Shown here piece by piece: positions 38,775 through 52,189 of a stretch of 64,000 nt of DNA. This DNA comes from Glaucostegus cemiculus. Taxonomy: Eukaryota. The stretch covers positions 1,302,001 through 1,366,000 of the forward strand of contig CDPCPM010000137.1 of assembly GCA_976551045.1 (NCBI GenBank), in the 5' to 3' direction. A program made the position numbers and the translations under genes. Under the pieces are notes generated by a model, which was not told the DNA's origin, ran no database searches, and saw nothing but the letters and a program-made list of their open reading frames with translations. Position 1 is the stretch's first letter. Each line of letters begins with the position of its first letter.

Positions 38775-40135
38775 GAAGAACTGCATTTATACAAAGCCTT
38801 TCACAGCATCAGCATGTACCAAAGGCAATGAAATACTTGTAAAATAGAATCATTTATGTAATGCAGGTGTCACAGCTACCAATTTGTGCACTCTATAGTC
38901 CCACACACAGCAACACAGTGATGGCCAGATAAATTCAGACAGCACTACAGCACTGAAACAAGTCCTTCAGCCCATCTAGTCCATGCCGGCCCAGTTTTCT
39001 GCCTAGTCCCATCTACCTGCAGCAGGACCATAGCTCTTCATACCTCTCTCATCCATGCACCTATCCAAACTTCTCTTAAATGTTATAATTGAACCTGCAC
39101 CCACCACTTCCACACTCACACCACCCTCTGAGTGAAGTAGTTCTCTTTCAGATTCCCCTTAAATATTTCACCTTTCACCCTAAACCTATGACCTCCACTT
39201 CTAGTCTCACCCAACCTGAGGGGAAAAGCCTGCATGTATTCACTCTATCTATACTCCTCATAATTTTGTATACCTCTATAAGATCTCCCCTCATTTTCCT
39301 GCACTCTAGGGAATAAAGTCCTAACCTATTCAACCTTTCCCTATAACTCAGGTCCTCAAGTCCTGGCAACATCCATGAAAAACTTCTCTGTACTCTTTCA
39401 AGTTTATTGGTATCTTTCCTGTAGGTAGGTGACCAGCCTCACCAACATCTTATACAACTTCAACATAACATCCCAACTCCTTTACTCAATGCCCTGATTT
39501 ATGAAGGCCAATGTGCCAAAAGCTTTCTTTACAAATCCATCTACCTGTGATGCCACTTTCAAGGAATTATGGATCTGTATTCCGAGGTCCCTTTGTTCTA
39601 CCATACACCTCAGAGCTCTACCATTCACTGTGCAAGTCTTACCCTGGTTTGACCTCCCAAACTGCATCACCTCACACTTGTCTGCATTAAATTCCATCTG
39701 CCATTTTTAGCCCATTTTCCCAGCTGGTCCAGATCACTTTGCAAGCTTTGATAGCCTTCCTCACTGTCCACTATGTCTCCAATCTTGGTTTCATCCACAA
39801 ATTTGTTGATCCGGTTTACCACATTATCATCTAATGATATACAACAAGAGGCCCAGTGTCAATCCCTGTGGCACACCACTAGTCATAAGCCTCATATTTC
39901 ATTTTAAATATTAGCCCAAGCAATGAGGAGAGCTCTCCTGTTCTTTGCAATGTTGCCATGGGATATTTTATCGTGAACGAAGAGTTCAGACTGCCTTCAT
40001 TTAACATGACATCCACAAGTTGAAACCTTCTGTCAGTTCGACATTCCCTCTACCGCTTCAAAGTACCAGACTGGATTATGTGTTCAAGTATCTGGTCAGA
40101 GAAACAACCCACAACATTCAGACTCAGAGCAAGTG
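38775..40135 (-). mobile_element. Deu-domain-like SINE split by a younger CR1 insertion
   Basis: Tail half 38775-38935 (aactgcatttatacaaagcctttcac) and head half 39895-40135 (ttgccatgggatatttta..tttaacatgacatcc) flank the CR1 at 38936-39893. Confidence 0.55.
38936..39893 (-). mobile_element. CR1 LINE 3' part (relatively young)
   Basis: Minus ORFs MEFNADKCEVMQFGRSNQ..EQRDLGIQIHNSLKVASQVD..KKAFGTLAFINQGIE and MLPGLEDLSYRERLNRLGLYSLECRKMRGDLIEVYKIMR. Confidence 0.95.
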
Positions 40136-42559
40136 GTAATAATTACAATATTTTTTTGTGTTAGAGGTAAATTTCACTCCATTGATTTCTAAAAAGAAAA
40201 GAGTTAATTGAATGTTTGTAGTTTGGTTTTAAGGGTAATAGATGGAAAACTGTGGGCTGGCAAGGTGCAGGTGGAATTTTTACCCTCAGGGGCTTTTTAG
40301 ATTTGATTGAACCAAACCTGGTTTTTGGACTCCTGTTGGATGGCCTGAAGCAGTGAATTTCTTGATGGAGTTGTATTTACAAACATAAATTTTATTGCAT
40401 ATTTCTAATAACACCTGTGCACACCTGGAATGAGACAGCACATGAGATTTACGGTGAACACTCATGAACTGGGTTGCTGGAGATTTGCCATAACCCAGTG
40501 TCTGTTACTGCACGGTTCAGTGTCAAACCAATCAATCCAGTTTACAACAGAATCAATCTGCAATTCTCAACTGGATTTTCTGATTTACTACATCAAGCTA
40601 CAGTATCAAGCACATAATTTTCTCTAATGGGAAACTGTGTTCAATCATTAAACTTTTCAATGTTTTTATGCAAACATGTATTTACATCATAATTGCAGAA
40701 ATAACTGATTATCCATCTTAAGTAGAATATTTGCAATCAATAGTTTGCTTTAAATTGAACTAATCAAATCCATGCACTCAATCTGTTTTACTACTATGTG
40801 TCCCCCATGAACCTGATTCCAAAAGCAGTGTGCTGAAGCATCCATACCTTATGTCTTGACTTGGATATTAATAGCTCTGGTCTACTGATGCCTTCAAAAT
40901 TGGTCTTTTCACATTAATCCATTGTTCAGCATTCAGTTTGACAACACCTTCAGACCTAGATCTTTACCGCCTGCAGGAGCAAGTCCAATGGCCAAAAGAA
41001 TCTCCAAAGCTTTCACCGAAGTGCACAGCAATCTGCTTTGGAAGTATATCATCAATACTTCAGTGGCTTTGGGCCAACAAACGCCACACCTAACGAAGCT
41101 TCAGGGGGTACTTTCTCCAGTGGTTCAAGTAGCTCACCGCCACTTTCTCAAAAGTCACAAGGGATGGGCAATAAATTCTGACCATGGCAGTGATGCCAAT
41201 GTCCTATAAATGAATAAGAAAAGAGTTCCTCATAATCACAAAAACCTCACCATCTCAATTAATCTCATGTTAGCAGTTCAAAAAGATCCACCTCTTTCAG
41301 ATCAAAACCAAAGTCTTTCTGTGATTGACACAACAACTTTTTCTATTAAATTCACTCAGATGTAAACATTGGTAATGGCCTATTTTAGGAGGCATAACCA
41401 TTGTATGCTTTTTCTCAAAGGTCTGACTTTGAGTCTCAAGCCCCTTTTGATTATCCAGAGGAGCTAATATCTCCTGTCACATCTACACCAGCACTTCATC
41501 CATTTCACCCAGATGTAAAATTGAGGCATTCACCTCTCTGGCAATAACCCTAAGCAAGCCCTGGAAATGGGAGGGAATGACCTCCGGTACTGTAGATTTG
41601 AGGGAAAATTCCTGCTCCTCCTGACACTGTGGCAATGTTTTACGAAAATATGTTATAGAAGTTCTTGCCATGGGTTGTTTAGGCTGTAGCCTCTGCTGAA
41701 GAATTCTTGCCGTAATGTAACTGAAGCCAAAACCAGATTTTAGGTCCTTCACTTACTTATGCAAAACAGGTTTAATGGCTGGTATTGACACCTGTTTATC
41801 CAATATCTTTTAAGCATCCATGGTGCATGAGATAATTGCGCCCAAATAAACTACTGTTGCACCTGGATGACTAGGTTAACAGGACTTTGAACTCAATTTT
41901 GATTTTGTAGGATTCTACTGCCATACATTCATAGCAATACTGCCAAATGACAACTGTGACATTTCCCTAATGAAACATGAGATCTTTTGTTAAGAATTTC
42001 CTTTCATGCAAGTTTTTATTATAAAACTATAGATTCTACTCAATGTTAATAGGAATTTTGAGTGATCATTCTGTCCAATTAAAATTTGGATACAACATGA
42101 TAAGTGATTCAGAACTCTTGTTCAAACACTCTATACAGTAGTTTCAAGATAAACACTCAGTACAAACTCAGTAGTTTCAAGATATACATAGTTACATGAT
42201 TACAAAGATTAAAAATCCAAGCACCTGTTCAATTAATTATTTGATATAATTTTAAACATATTAGTGTTATCTTGATTCAAATCCAATACTATTGATCAAA
42301 ATGAGAAGGTTATTCATCAATCTATAATCTTAACCAGAATACACTGATAAATACTTATGATCTGGTGCTGAATACAACTCATATAGCCAGTCAGGCTTGA
42401 AGCATTTTAAATTTAGTAAACCACAATCTTAAACAACTAATTCCACCAATTTCTGCAAAATAAAATGTCCATTTAAGATTTATAATCCATTAAGGATTAT
42501 TTAAGTATGACCCCAGTTTTTGAAAAGTTATTAGCTCCTGCTGATTTAACCTCTGCGTA

Positions 42560-42880
42560 CAAGTTGTAAAGGACTTGCAGAGTCAGGAAGTGAGCCATTT
42601 GCTACAGCATATCTGGCCTCTGACCTAATCTTGTCACCAGAGAAAGTTTATGACTGGCCCAGTAGGTTTCTGTTCAGTGGTGATATCCAGGATGTTGATG
42701 GTAGGGATTTGGTGACGGTAATGCTGTTGATTGCCAAGGAGTAGTAGTTAGACTCTCACCTGGTATGTGTTTGACACAAACATTACTTGCTACATTTCAG
42801 GCTGTGGATAAATGTTGCCCAGATCTTGCTGCATGCGAGTAGGGACACATTCATTATTTGAGGAGTTATGAAAGGAATTT
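42560..42880 (-). mobile_element. Decayed LINE RT fragment
   Basis: gtttctgttcagtggtgatatccaggatgttgatggtaggga..cagatcttgctgcatg resembles antisense LINE RT sequence. Confidence 0.5.
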
Positions 42881-44751
42881 TCTCATCTTCATCGCGTGCA
42901 GGATGCCTCCAGCTCAACCAGCACCTTAATGATTCTTAGTCTTAGGCAGAAACAGTTTTTGCAGCTATGAACATTTGTGACAACGTCATTATCCACAATG
43001 TACAACCATGCGTCATTATCATTTGTTCTTGATTAATTACTGCTTGGCTATCTGCAACTTATTTCTTGAACACTGATCACTTGAGTTCTAGATTTATTTG
43101 AATGGGTTAAATTATCTTGATGTGAAATAAACTGATCATTAACTGTGTTTAATTATATGGTTATTTATTTGTTATTAGCGTGTGTACAGACAGTTAAATT
43201 GGATTGATTCTCGTGTTTTCCAAGGAAAGCTGACCTGCTACTTGGGAAAAGGGGTGGTTATAAGGGACCATAGACCATAAGACATAGGAGCAGAATTAGG
43301 CCATTCAGCCCTTAAGCTTTAAAGCAGGAGAGAAAGGCAGAGAATTTAGGGAAAGAACTTCAGACAGGGGGGGCCCCAGTATCTTTCAGGATACCATTTC
43401 CAATTCTGGTATGGGGAAAGGACACCAAATCAGGGCCATGGAAAGTTTGATTCAAGTTGTAAAGATGGATCATATTACAGGTATAGTAAGCAGAAGATCA
43501 TGAAAGGATTTTTACATTAAAATCATTTTACATTAAAATCAGGGCTTTAAATTTGAGGCACCTTGGGATTGGAAGCTAGTTCAAATGGAACTAGAAACCA
43601 AGAGAGGTTAGCCAGCCTTGGGTGAATAGAACAGGCAGAGCACAGAAAGCCTCAACATTCATAACCATACCCATATTCATTTGATCCCAGGATCCTGCCA
43701 AGAGTTGGGCCTGCATTGAGGTATAAGTTGGTTAAACTAAAGGCCTGGCTTGCCAGATACAACTTAAGAGGCTTGAGAACCTGAACAACCAGAGCATACT
43801 TCCACAGATATCTTGTACCTAGTTAAGAAAGAGAAGAAATATATGGGGTCAATGCTGTACTGATGAGAGTGTTCAGAAATAGCAGAAGCCCAAGGAGTCT
43901 GAGTCGGAGCAGTGAGAGTGAAGGGGGGTTGGCTTGTCTTCTTTCAGGAGAACAAAGCACGTTATAATGTACATGAGCCATAGTCTGTGGTATAGTGAAC
44001 GTGTGGAAGACTCAGCTGCATGGGTTGAGGCCTGGGTGGGGCAAGGGAAAGGGTGAGTTGAGAGGGGGTTCTTGGAAAGAAGAAAAAAGGGTAGGGGATT
44101 CAATAGTTCGGAGAATAGACAGGAGTTTCTGTGACAACAGATGTGACCAGAATGCTAAGATGTATTCCTGGTTCTAGGGCCATTCACTGAACAACTGCAG
44201 GGCATTCTGAAAGGGGAGGGTGAAGTTCCAAAGGCTGTGGTTGACATTTGTATCAATGACAGAGGGAGAAAATGAATACTGTACTGCAGACAAAGCTTAG
44301 GAAGCAAGAAAAGAAGCTAAAACAAAAATCAGGATGTTTAAAGGAAAAAGACTCTGGATTACTGCTATTGCCATTGGCTGGTGAATACTAAAGTAGGATG
44401 AAAGGGAAGAAAAATGTATGCCTGGAGAGCAGACATAGAAGAGAATGCTTTGGGTCGCTGAGGATCTTCTGGGGGAGGTGGGACAGCATACGAGCAAGGT
44501 TTGCATCGCAACAGGAACAGGGAGCCCAAGGGTAGAAACGGAAAGGAGAAAAACTAAAATGGGAGATAGAAAATATCAAAGAGAAAAGAGAATGCACTAG
44601 TGCAGGACAATGACAGAGGTAATGATAACCAATGTTTTAGGAAGGGGCAATCGAGTACAAGGGCACATTAAGAAATAGTAGGGGAAGATGATGAGGTAAA
44701 ATTAAATTTATCTGAGTGCACTTGGTATTCAGAACATGATAGATACATTGA

Positions 44752-44940
44752 AAAAACAATGAGATGCTGGAGGAACTCAGCAGATCAGGCAGCAGGACTT
44801 TCCTGAAGAAGGGTCTTGACCCGAAACATTGACCATCTGTTTTTCTCTTCGGATGCTGCCTGGCCTTCTGAGTTCTTACAGTATCTTGTTGTTTTTTTCC
44901 ATCTAGATTCCAGCATCTGCTGTTCTTTGTTTCATGTAAC
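44752..44940 (+). mobile_element. Penelope-type fold-back mini-insertion with hammerhead core
   Basis: 11-bp TSD agatacattga (44741-44751, 44941-44951); inverted partial repeat gatgctggaggaactcagcagatcaggcagca, then CTGAAGA (44803-44809) a gggtcttgaccc GAAA (44823-44826) catt gacc. Confidence 0.75.
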
Positions 44941-47001
44941 AGATACATTGATGACACCAAATGGGTATGATCTATTTGCCATTGCAGAGATATAGTTGCC
45001 ACATGACCAAGGATGGACACGAAATTGACAATGTGGAAGAATAGACAGATAGGAAAAGACGGTGTAGGAGCTTTTTTAATAAAGGACTTTTGGGATATTA
45101 AATCAGTTTTGGTAGTGATGAGAAACAGTAAGAAGTCAATGATGGGAGTAGTTTAGAGGTCCACAAACAACAGTTGTACTGTAGGAGAAAAAAATGAATC
45201 AAGAAGTACTAGGGACTTGAAAGGAACTGCGATTTTAATCACCATATATATTAAGCAAACCAAAGTCCATAGCATGTAGTTGGGGTGGTTTGTTAGAGTA
45301 ATATATGGAGGAACCAACCAAGGAGAGGTTATTTTAGATCTGATGTGATCTAATGAGATAGAATTAATTAATGATTTCATAGTAATGTACACCTTAGGAA
45401 AGCGTGATCACAACAGAGGAGAATTTCAAGTTCACTTTGAGGGTGAGAAACTGGGTTGGAAGTTAATGTCCTAAACTTGATCATAATTAAAATAGTACAA
45501 GGACAGAGTTATCTAAAGTGTACAGGGTGAATAGATTAAAAGGTAATGAGGTTCATGAGATGTGGCTGACAGGAGATATTTAGTGAATTTCAGCATAGAT
45601 ACATTCCAGTAAGAAAAAGGCCCTGAGAGGAATGCATCATCCTAACTAAAGGGGTGAAAAATGTTATCAAATTAAAAGGAAAGCCATTCAGTGTGGCAAA
45701 TATTTATGGCAGGCCAGATGAGTGCAAAAGCAACAAAGAATGACTTAAAAATATAGAAGACGAGTAAACTAGCAAATAATATAAAAACTAGACAGAGCTT
45801 CTACAGGCTCTGTCTAATTTTATCTCTATCTACAGGGTCTGTCAAGGAAGACGTACATTCATCTCTTAAAGGACGAGACTGGGGAATTATATCAGGGAAG
45901 TTCTGAACAATTGTTTAGATCAGCCATCATGGTAGAAGACACTAAAAATATTCCAAAAATAACAAAAAAAATGAGAGGTGTAAGAGCTTAAAATGATCTC
46001 TATTACTAAAGGAAAAGTACATGGTAAAATAATGGGTCAAAAAACTGACAGGTCCCCTGGATCTGATTGTCTGCGTCCTGGGATCTTAAAGCAAGCAGCT
46101 GTAGAGACAGTGGATATATTAACTGTAATCTGCTAAAATTCCCCAAATACTGGAGATGTCCTAGAGGATGGGTAAACCACAAATGTAACACCACTATTCA
46201 AGAAAGAGAGACGGAAGTCAGAAACTATGGCTTCATGTCTGAAATTGGAAAATTGCTGGAATATATTATTCAGTAGGTTACAGCAGGACATTTAGAAAGT
46301 CATAAAGCAATCAAGCAGAGTCAACATGGCTTTAAGAAAGGAAAAATCACATTTTACATTTGCTAGAGTCCTTTAAGGATGTTACAAACTGGGTGGATGA
46401 CACAGCTGATGTAGTGTTTTTAGACTTCTAGAAGGGTTTGGTAAGTGCCAATTAAAAGGTTACTTCACAAGACATGAATGCATGGGGTTGGGGTAACACA
46501 TGGCACGAGCAGGAGAATAGCTAATTATTAGAAAACAATTGGGATAAATGGGTCTTATTCAGACTGGCAATTAGTAACTAATGGAATGCTACAGGCATCA
46601 GTGCTGCGGTCTCAACTATTTACAATCTATATAAATGTCTTGGATGAAGGGACAGAGTATAGTGTAGTCAAGTTTACTGATGAGACAAGAGTGGGTAGGG
46701 TGAGCAAGTTGTGAGAGGTCACAAAAAGCTGTAAAGGGATAGAAATAAATTAAGTGAATGAGCAAAAGATTAGCAGATTGAATGAACTATGGGAAAATGT
46801 GAGATTATCCACTTTGGAAGAAAGAATATACAGGATAATAATTAGTTGAATAAAGTAAGACTGCAAAATGTTGTGGTAATATAGGGATCTTGTGGTCCTA
46901 GTGCATGATACATGAAGGATTAGCATGAAGCTAGAGCAAGTAATTAGGAAGGTTAGTGGAATATGGGCCTATATTGCAAGGGTATGGAGTACAAAAGTAA
47001 G

Positions 47002-47190
47002 GTATTGGTATTGGTTTATTATTGTCACTTGTACCGAGGTACAGTGAAAAGCTTGTTTTACAAACCAATCATACAGGTCAATTCATTACACAGTGCAGTT
47101 ACATTGAGTCAGTACAGAGTGCATTGATGTAAAAACAATAACAGTACAAAGTAAAATGTCACAGCTACAGAGAAAGTGCAGTGCAATAAG
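47002..47190 (-). mobile_element. Young retroposon 3' tail, copy 2, inserted into CR1
   Basis: Same sequence as 61565-61797; the host CR1 reads gagtacaaaagtaagg|...|aggttttgatgcaac with taagg shared at both junctions. Confidence 0.85.
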
Positions 47191-47634
47191 GAGGTTTTGA
47201 TGCAACTTTACAAAGTGGTGGAGAGAGCGCAGCTTAAGTATAGTGTACGGTTTTGGTCTCCATATTAAGAGATGGAGAAACTTGCACTGAAGACAGTGCC
47301 GAGAAGGTTCACTTGCTTGATTCCAGATAATTTATAATTAAAACATACAAATTTCTGAGTAGGATTGTCAGAGTAGATGCTGAGAGGATATTTTACCTAG
47401 TCTGGGTATCTACAACTAGGGGACATCCACTTAAGGTGGAAATGAGGAGAATTTTTTTTCAGAATGTTGAGACACTTTGGAGCCCTACTTCAGGAAGCTG
47501 TGGAAATGAAGTCATTGAATGTGTTCAAACTACATAATGATAGGTATTTGAATTTCAAGGAAATCGAGGGAGTGGAAAGCTGCTATTGAAACCAAGATTG
47601 TATCAGCCATGATCCTATGTATTATTTCACAGAG

Positions 47635-47912
47635 GGATACAGCATAGACACAGGCCCTTCAGCCCACTGAGTCTGCACCGACCATCAAGCACCCATTTAC
47701 ACTAATCCTACATTAATCCCATTTTTATTCACCCCACGTTCTAATTAACTTCCCCTAGGTTTAACACTCATCTGCACAATAGAGACAATTTACACTGGCC
47801 AGTTAACCTACTGTTGCAGGGAGAACTTGCAAATTCCTCACAAGCAGGACCTGTGGTCAAAATTGAACCCAGGTCACTGGTGCTGTGAGGTAGTGGCTCT
47901 ACCATTTGTGCC
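47635..47912 (-). mobile_element. tRNA-derived SINE with CR1-like tail (HE1/V-SINE-like); related copy ~51880-52152
   Basis: cacaggcccttcagcccac tail, gacaatttacactggccagttaaccta core, attgaacccaggtcactggtgctgtgagg (reverse B-box-like head). Confidence 0.7.
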
Positions 47913-49889
47913 AAAATTTGTTTGGAATGCTCAAATGGGAGTTGAAGGAATGAAATCATGTTGAAGGTATCAGAAGTCATGGAGGATAATCTCTTGAATG
48001 TGGAGGCAGGGATAGAAGGACCAGAGGAAGTTCAGCTGGAAGGAAAGGGAGGGAGAACAGAAGTGCTGGGAATAAAAGGGATCCATTTGGGAGCCTTGTC
48101 ACCCATGTAGAGGGCAAGCCTCAGTTACGGAAAAAAGACTAGCTTATAAAATTATGGGAAGTCTATCACCCTTATCCAAACTAATTTATACGTGACTCCA
48201 GACCCGCCAAAGTGGTTGACCCTTAAAAGCTTCCATAGTTCAGGGTTAACTAGGGATAGACTATAAGTATTAACATCTGGAAATATGAACAGGTTTAAAA
48301 ACAACACTAACCTAGGTCATTGTATGCTATGTGTCTGACTGTTGCCAGGCTTATAATGTGGTTATTTGTTAATTTTTGATTTACCAATGCATCAACATTA
48401 GTTCTGCTGCATAATGTTCAGCAGGACTAATGTTCATCATTTTTCCCACAGCAGGATTGTGACTGAGCAACATCATTCTGCAGTTTTGCTGGCTTTCCCA
48501 GAGTGAGATCAATCATATTCATTATGCCATTTGGGTATCTGTGGGCCCATATTACATTCTGCATGAACCAAAGCAATTTTATTCCCTCAGTATCTAGCTG
48601 GAATGTTCTCACCCATATCAAACTTACCTAGATTCTGTCTAATGCCTTCACTTTATGCTAATTACATGTCCAAAACATTTTTGAAACATCTTCTTGGGGT
48701 TACAGGCTAATTACAGCAATGGCTTATCAGAACATGCCCAAACACCAACTGCAGACAGAAGCATGGAAAAAATTGAATGAAGTTTTCTGTAAATTATTTT
48801 GAAACATACCAGTGGGTTCTTGAAAGAAAACTTCAGATGTCCCAACCGAAGAAAGGCATTTAAAATAGAGCTTTGTGTTGAAGCCACAAGATGGTCACTG
48901 AAAAACAAGATGAAGACAAAGTAGAAAGATATAAATTAACATAAAGAATAATCTTGCAGATTTTTTAGAACTTCAAGATCTGTTACAAGATGATAGCTAC
49001 ACATGATGGAATATTGGGCCCCAAGAATGACTATCTTTCCACAATATTTTCCTGCTAGGTTCCTTAATTTAGTTATCTCTTTCTCTTGTTGGGAATTACT
49101 CAAAGATAGCACTTCTGCAAAATTATAAATGTATGAGTTAAAAAAACCTCCCCAGAAACAAGTACACATAATGGTTTCTCTTGTTTCAGGTAGTCTGGGT
49201 AGATGCAAGAAATACTTTAGCACTAGTTTCTGGTATCTGGTCAATTTGAATAACACAATTAAAATCACCTAAAAAAAGTCTAGTTGTTTATCTCATTGCT
49301 CCTTCCAAACTGTCTTTTTTTTCCCCACATTTACTTCAAAAATGATTCAATACCTTGGGTACACTTCCAAACTAAGGACATGAATGGTAATATATAAAGA
49401 ATTTTTTTTTCAGTCAGCCACCAAAGTCAATTGTGCTGCCTTTATATCATCTGTGGTGTGTAAATGTGGTTGGTATCATCTACCACAGAACTTCCCTGTG
49501 TGGTTTCTTTGAAGTGTGTAATATATAACTTTTTTTTAAGTAATTCTTTTCTAATGAACAATCCTACTTAGATGGCGTGATCCACGTTTGTAAATAGGCC
49601 GAAAGTGATCTGAATCAATGGTGGTGACCATTTCTTGTGATAAATGTGCTGGTTAGCAAGTACTTCACCTTCAATAGATGTGAACACTTCCTCCTCCACA
49701 TCCCCATGCAGTGTCCCTCACATAAAACCTGCTTCTCAATATCCAAAGGGTGCATTGATATAGTGGTCAGGCTAACACATGGGGTCAACAAGTACCAGCT
49801 TGCTCTTTGGAGGTTGCCTGATAAAATAATAAAGAAGAAAATGTCAAATTCTTGCCTCTAACCGTCAACTTTAAACATTAAGGCAAAGA

Positions 49890-50702
49890 AAAAGTTGCAG
49901 ATACTGGAAACCTGAAATAAGAATTCCAGAAGTAGTCACCAGGTTAAGCAGTGGAGAAAAAAACAGAATTAACATTTTGGGTTAATGACCTTTAATTGGA
50001 ATATGGAAAAGATAGAAATTAAGCAAGTTTTAGGTTGCAGAGAAAATGGATTTGGGCAGAAGAGATGGATATCAGTGACAGAGTGGAGGCCAAGTAAGTG
50101 ACTGACACAAGCACTTCTGGTGCCAGTTGAAAGATAGTGCTAAAGGTTAGTGAATTCACCTGAAAGGGAGACTCTTGAGATTTCAGTCACTTTAATTCTA
50201 TCCCAGTCTGACCTCCCTATTTTTGGCCTTTGATGCTGTTTCAATGGAACTTAACAGAAACTCAAAAAGGAGCACATAGTCTTCTAATTTGCACATTACA
50301 GCCTTCCAGACTCAACAGTGAATTCAATAATTTCAGATGATCTGTCATTCCAGTCTTGTATCTCACATTTCCTGCATTCAGTTTTTCTCACTCCCTCTTT
50401 AGTGTTTCAGATTCTGTTCATCTCCTGTTTACAGCTGCCCCAGATATACTGTTTGTTATTCACCAGCCTTACTACCCTCTTTCAGCTAGCACCCGAGTCT
50501 TTCATTCCTTCCTCATTTTCACACAATCACAGATCTTTTTCTTTGTTCTCCACACCACTTCTCTACAATTTAAGACCTGTTTCATTTCTAACTTTTCACT
50601 GTTCAGATGAAAGGCCATTGACCTAAAATGTCAATCTTGTTTTTCTTCATGAATGCTGCCTGACCTGCTGATTATTTCCAGCGTTTTCTGTTTTTATTTC
50701 AA
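49890..50702. mobile_element. Old inverted pair of Penelope-type terminal repeats
   Basis: Left arm ~49890-50050 is an imperfect reverse complement of right arm ~50550-50702; decayed core CAGATGA (50604-50610)...AAAA TG TC (50625-50632). Confidence 0.6.
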
Positions 50703-52189
50703 GTGTAATCATTGTTGACCTGTGATTTTACTGCAGTCAGATGTGTGTCTGCGCACACGTGAACAGACAGCTCTCTGGTGAAGTGAACACCAGCTTGAGC
50801 TTGAAAAATCCTCCAGCTTCTCCACTGCTCACTCTCAAACTGCTTTCACTGCCAAAAATTCCAAGGCAATCTCTTAAAAAGTCAATGATGAGAATTATTT
50901 CATTTGTTCATGGAATATGGACATCATTAGCAAGGTCAACATTTGTTGCCCATCCCTAATTGATCCCTTGGCTTTATCAGAGGCTGGGCAAGAGTCAACT
51001 ACAGCAATTGCACATGTGCTGGACTGGGTAAGGATGACAGATTTTCTTTCCTGAAGAACAATGGTGAACCAGATGGATATACGTGTCTGTTATCAGATGT
51101 AAAAAGCAACTATGAATAGCAGGCAGAGGAAATATTGGAAATACACTGAGGAATATTATTGTTACTGAGTGCACAGATTCGGGGTCACATTCCAGCATGA
51201 AACCCATTAACACCCATATTCATGGAGTTAGCAGTTGGAGTGGCAACGAAAATCTGGTGAAAAAAGAAAATTGGTACTGAGGGAAAATGAGCCAATGTAT
51301 AATTTTAACCCAGCGAGCACAGTAAATAAATAACCACTGAGGTAAGTTAAAGAAGCAATGTCATTATCAACACACAGGGGGGAATTATCAGAACACAAGG
51401 AAATGAAGTATATTGGGTCCTTTGTGTATTAAGTAGCTGTACTGGTTAATGTTCACTTGGAACAAATAACAACTTAATATTAGTTCTAGTGAGTGGAGGT
51501 CAAAGGAAATATTTTACTGAACACGAATACTGATCTTATCAACACTATGTTTATATCATTGTGGTGTTTCGCAGAAGTGGGATTTGGTAGATGTGATGAA
51601 AAATGACTGGAAGAATACTTGCTGCTGCAACACCTGATTTATATGCAGCGAGGTGCTGCAATCAGGAAGGTTTGACACCAACCTTTCCCTCCTCCAGGCA
51701 GGTTCTGGGAAGAAGGTTTTGCCAGCTCATTTTCCACTTTGCATCACCTCTGCACTACCTGACGGTTGGTTTTCCCAGAAAATCCTTGATTCTTAGTAAC
51801 TGGAATGGGAGTGCAGTCTTATGATGAATGGTTGATAAGGCTAGGCTTGCACCTGAATTAGAGCTTGGAAATGGGTTCTTCAACCCAACAAGTCTGTGCC
51901 AACCACCTATTTTTATACTAATTCTAACCTCACCCATTATTAAGCAACAACCCCTTCCAAACTCTATCACTCACCTACACTCTGGGGACAATTTACAGTA
52001 GTTAATTAATCTAGCAACCCCACAAATTTGAGATGTGGGAGCAAACTCACAAAGTCACAAAAACATGCAAACTCAACACCTGTCAGGACCAAACCAGGGT
52101 CGTTGAAGCTGTGAGGCAGTAACTCTACTCATGCCACTCACTGTACTACCCTAGCTGACCCATTCCACCGCTGGAATTCAAACACACAG

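Larger units (their letters stand above)
44060..47620 (+). mobile_element. Long decayed CR1 LINE (ORF1 esterase-like region, endonuclease, RT, 3' end) hosting two younger insertions
   Basis: VGDSIVRRIDRSFC (SGNH/esterase-like ORF1 motif, ~44090), ILDL endonuclease remnant (~45330), RT motifs gatgtagtgtttttagacttctagaag (46408) and tttactgatgagac (46672), CR1 3' end near 47450-47620. Confidence 0.88.

Noticed and set aside
41483-41752. 89-codon minus-strand ORF
   Set aside because: Non-ATG start, no recognisable domain or convincing exon boundaries.
42136-43541. Short local duplications (cagtagtttcaagata twice; ttttacattaaaatca twice; tgtagaa repeats at ~25301-25350)
   Set aside because: Ordinary replication-slippage products with no further structure.
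47860-47912. tRNA gene
   Set aside because: The box-like sequence is the decayed head of a SINE; no cloverleaf.
51314-51341. 28-nt + strand micro-exon (ttttaacccag| ... GAG|GTAAGT)
   Set aside because: Not a multiple of three, lies outside any supported gene, and such matches are expected by chance.
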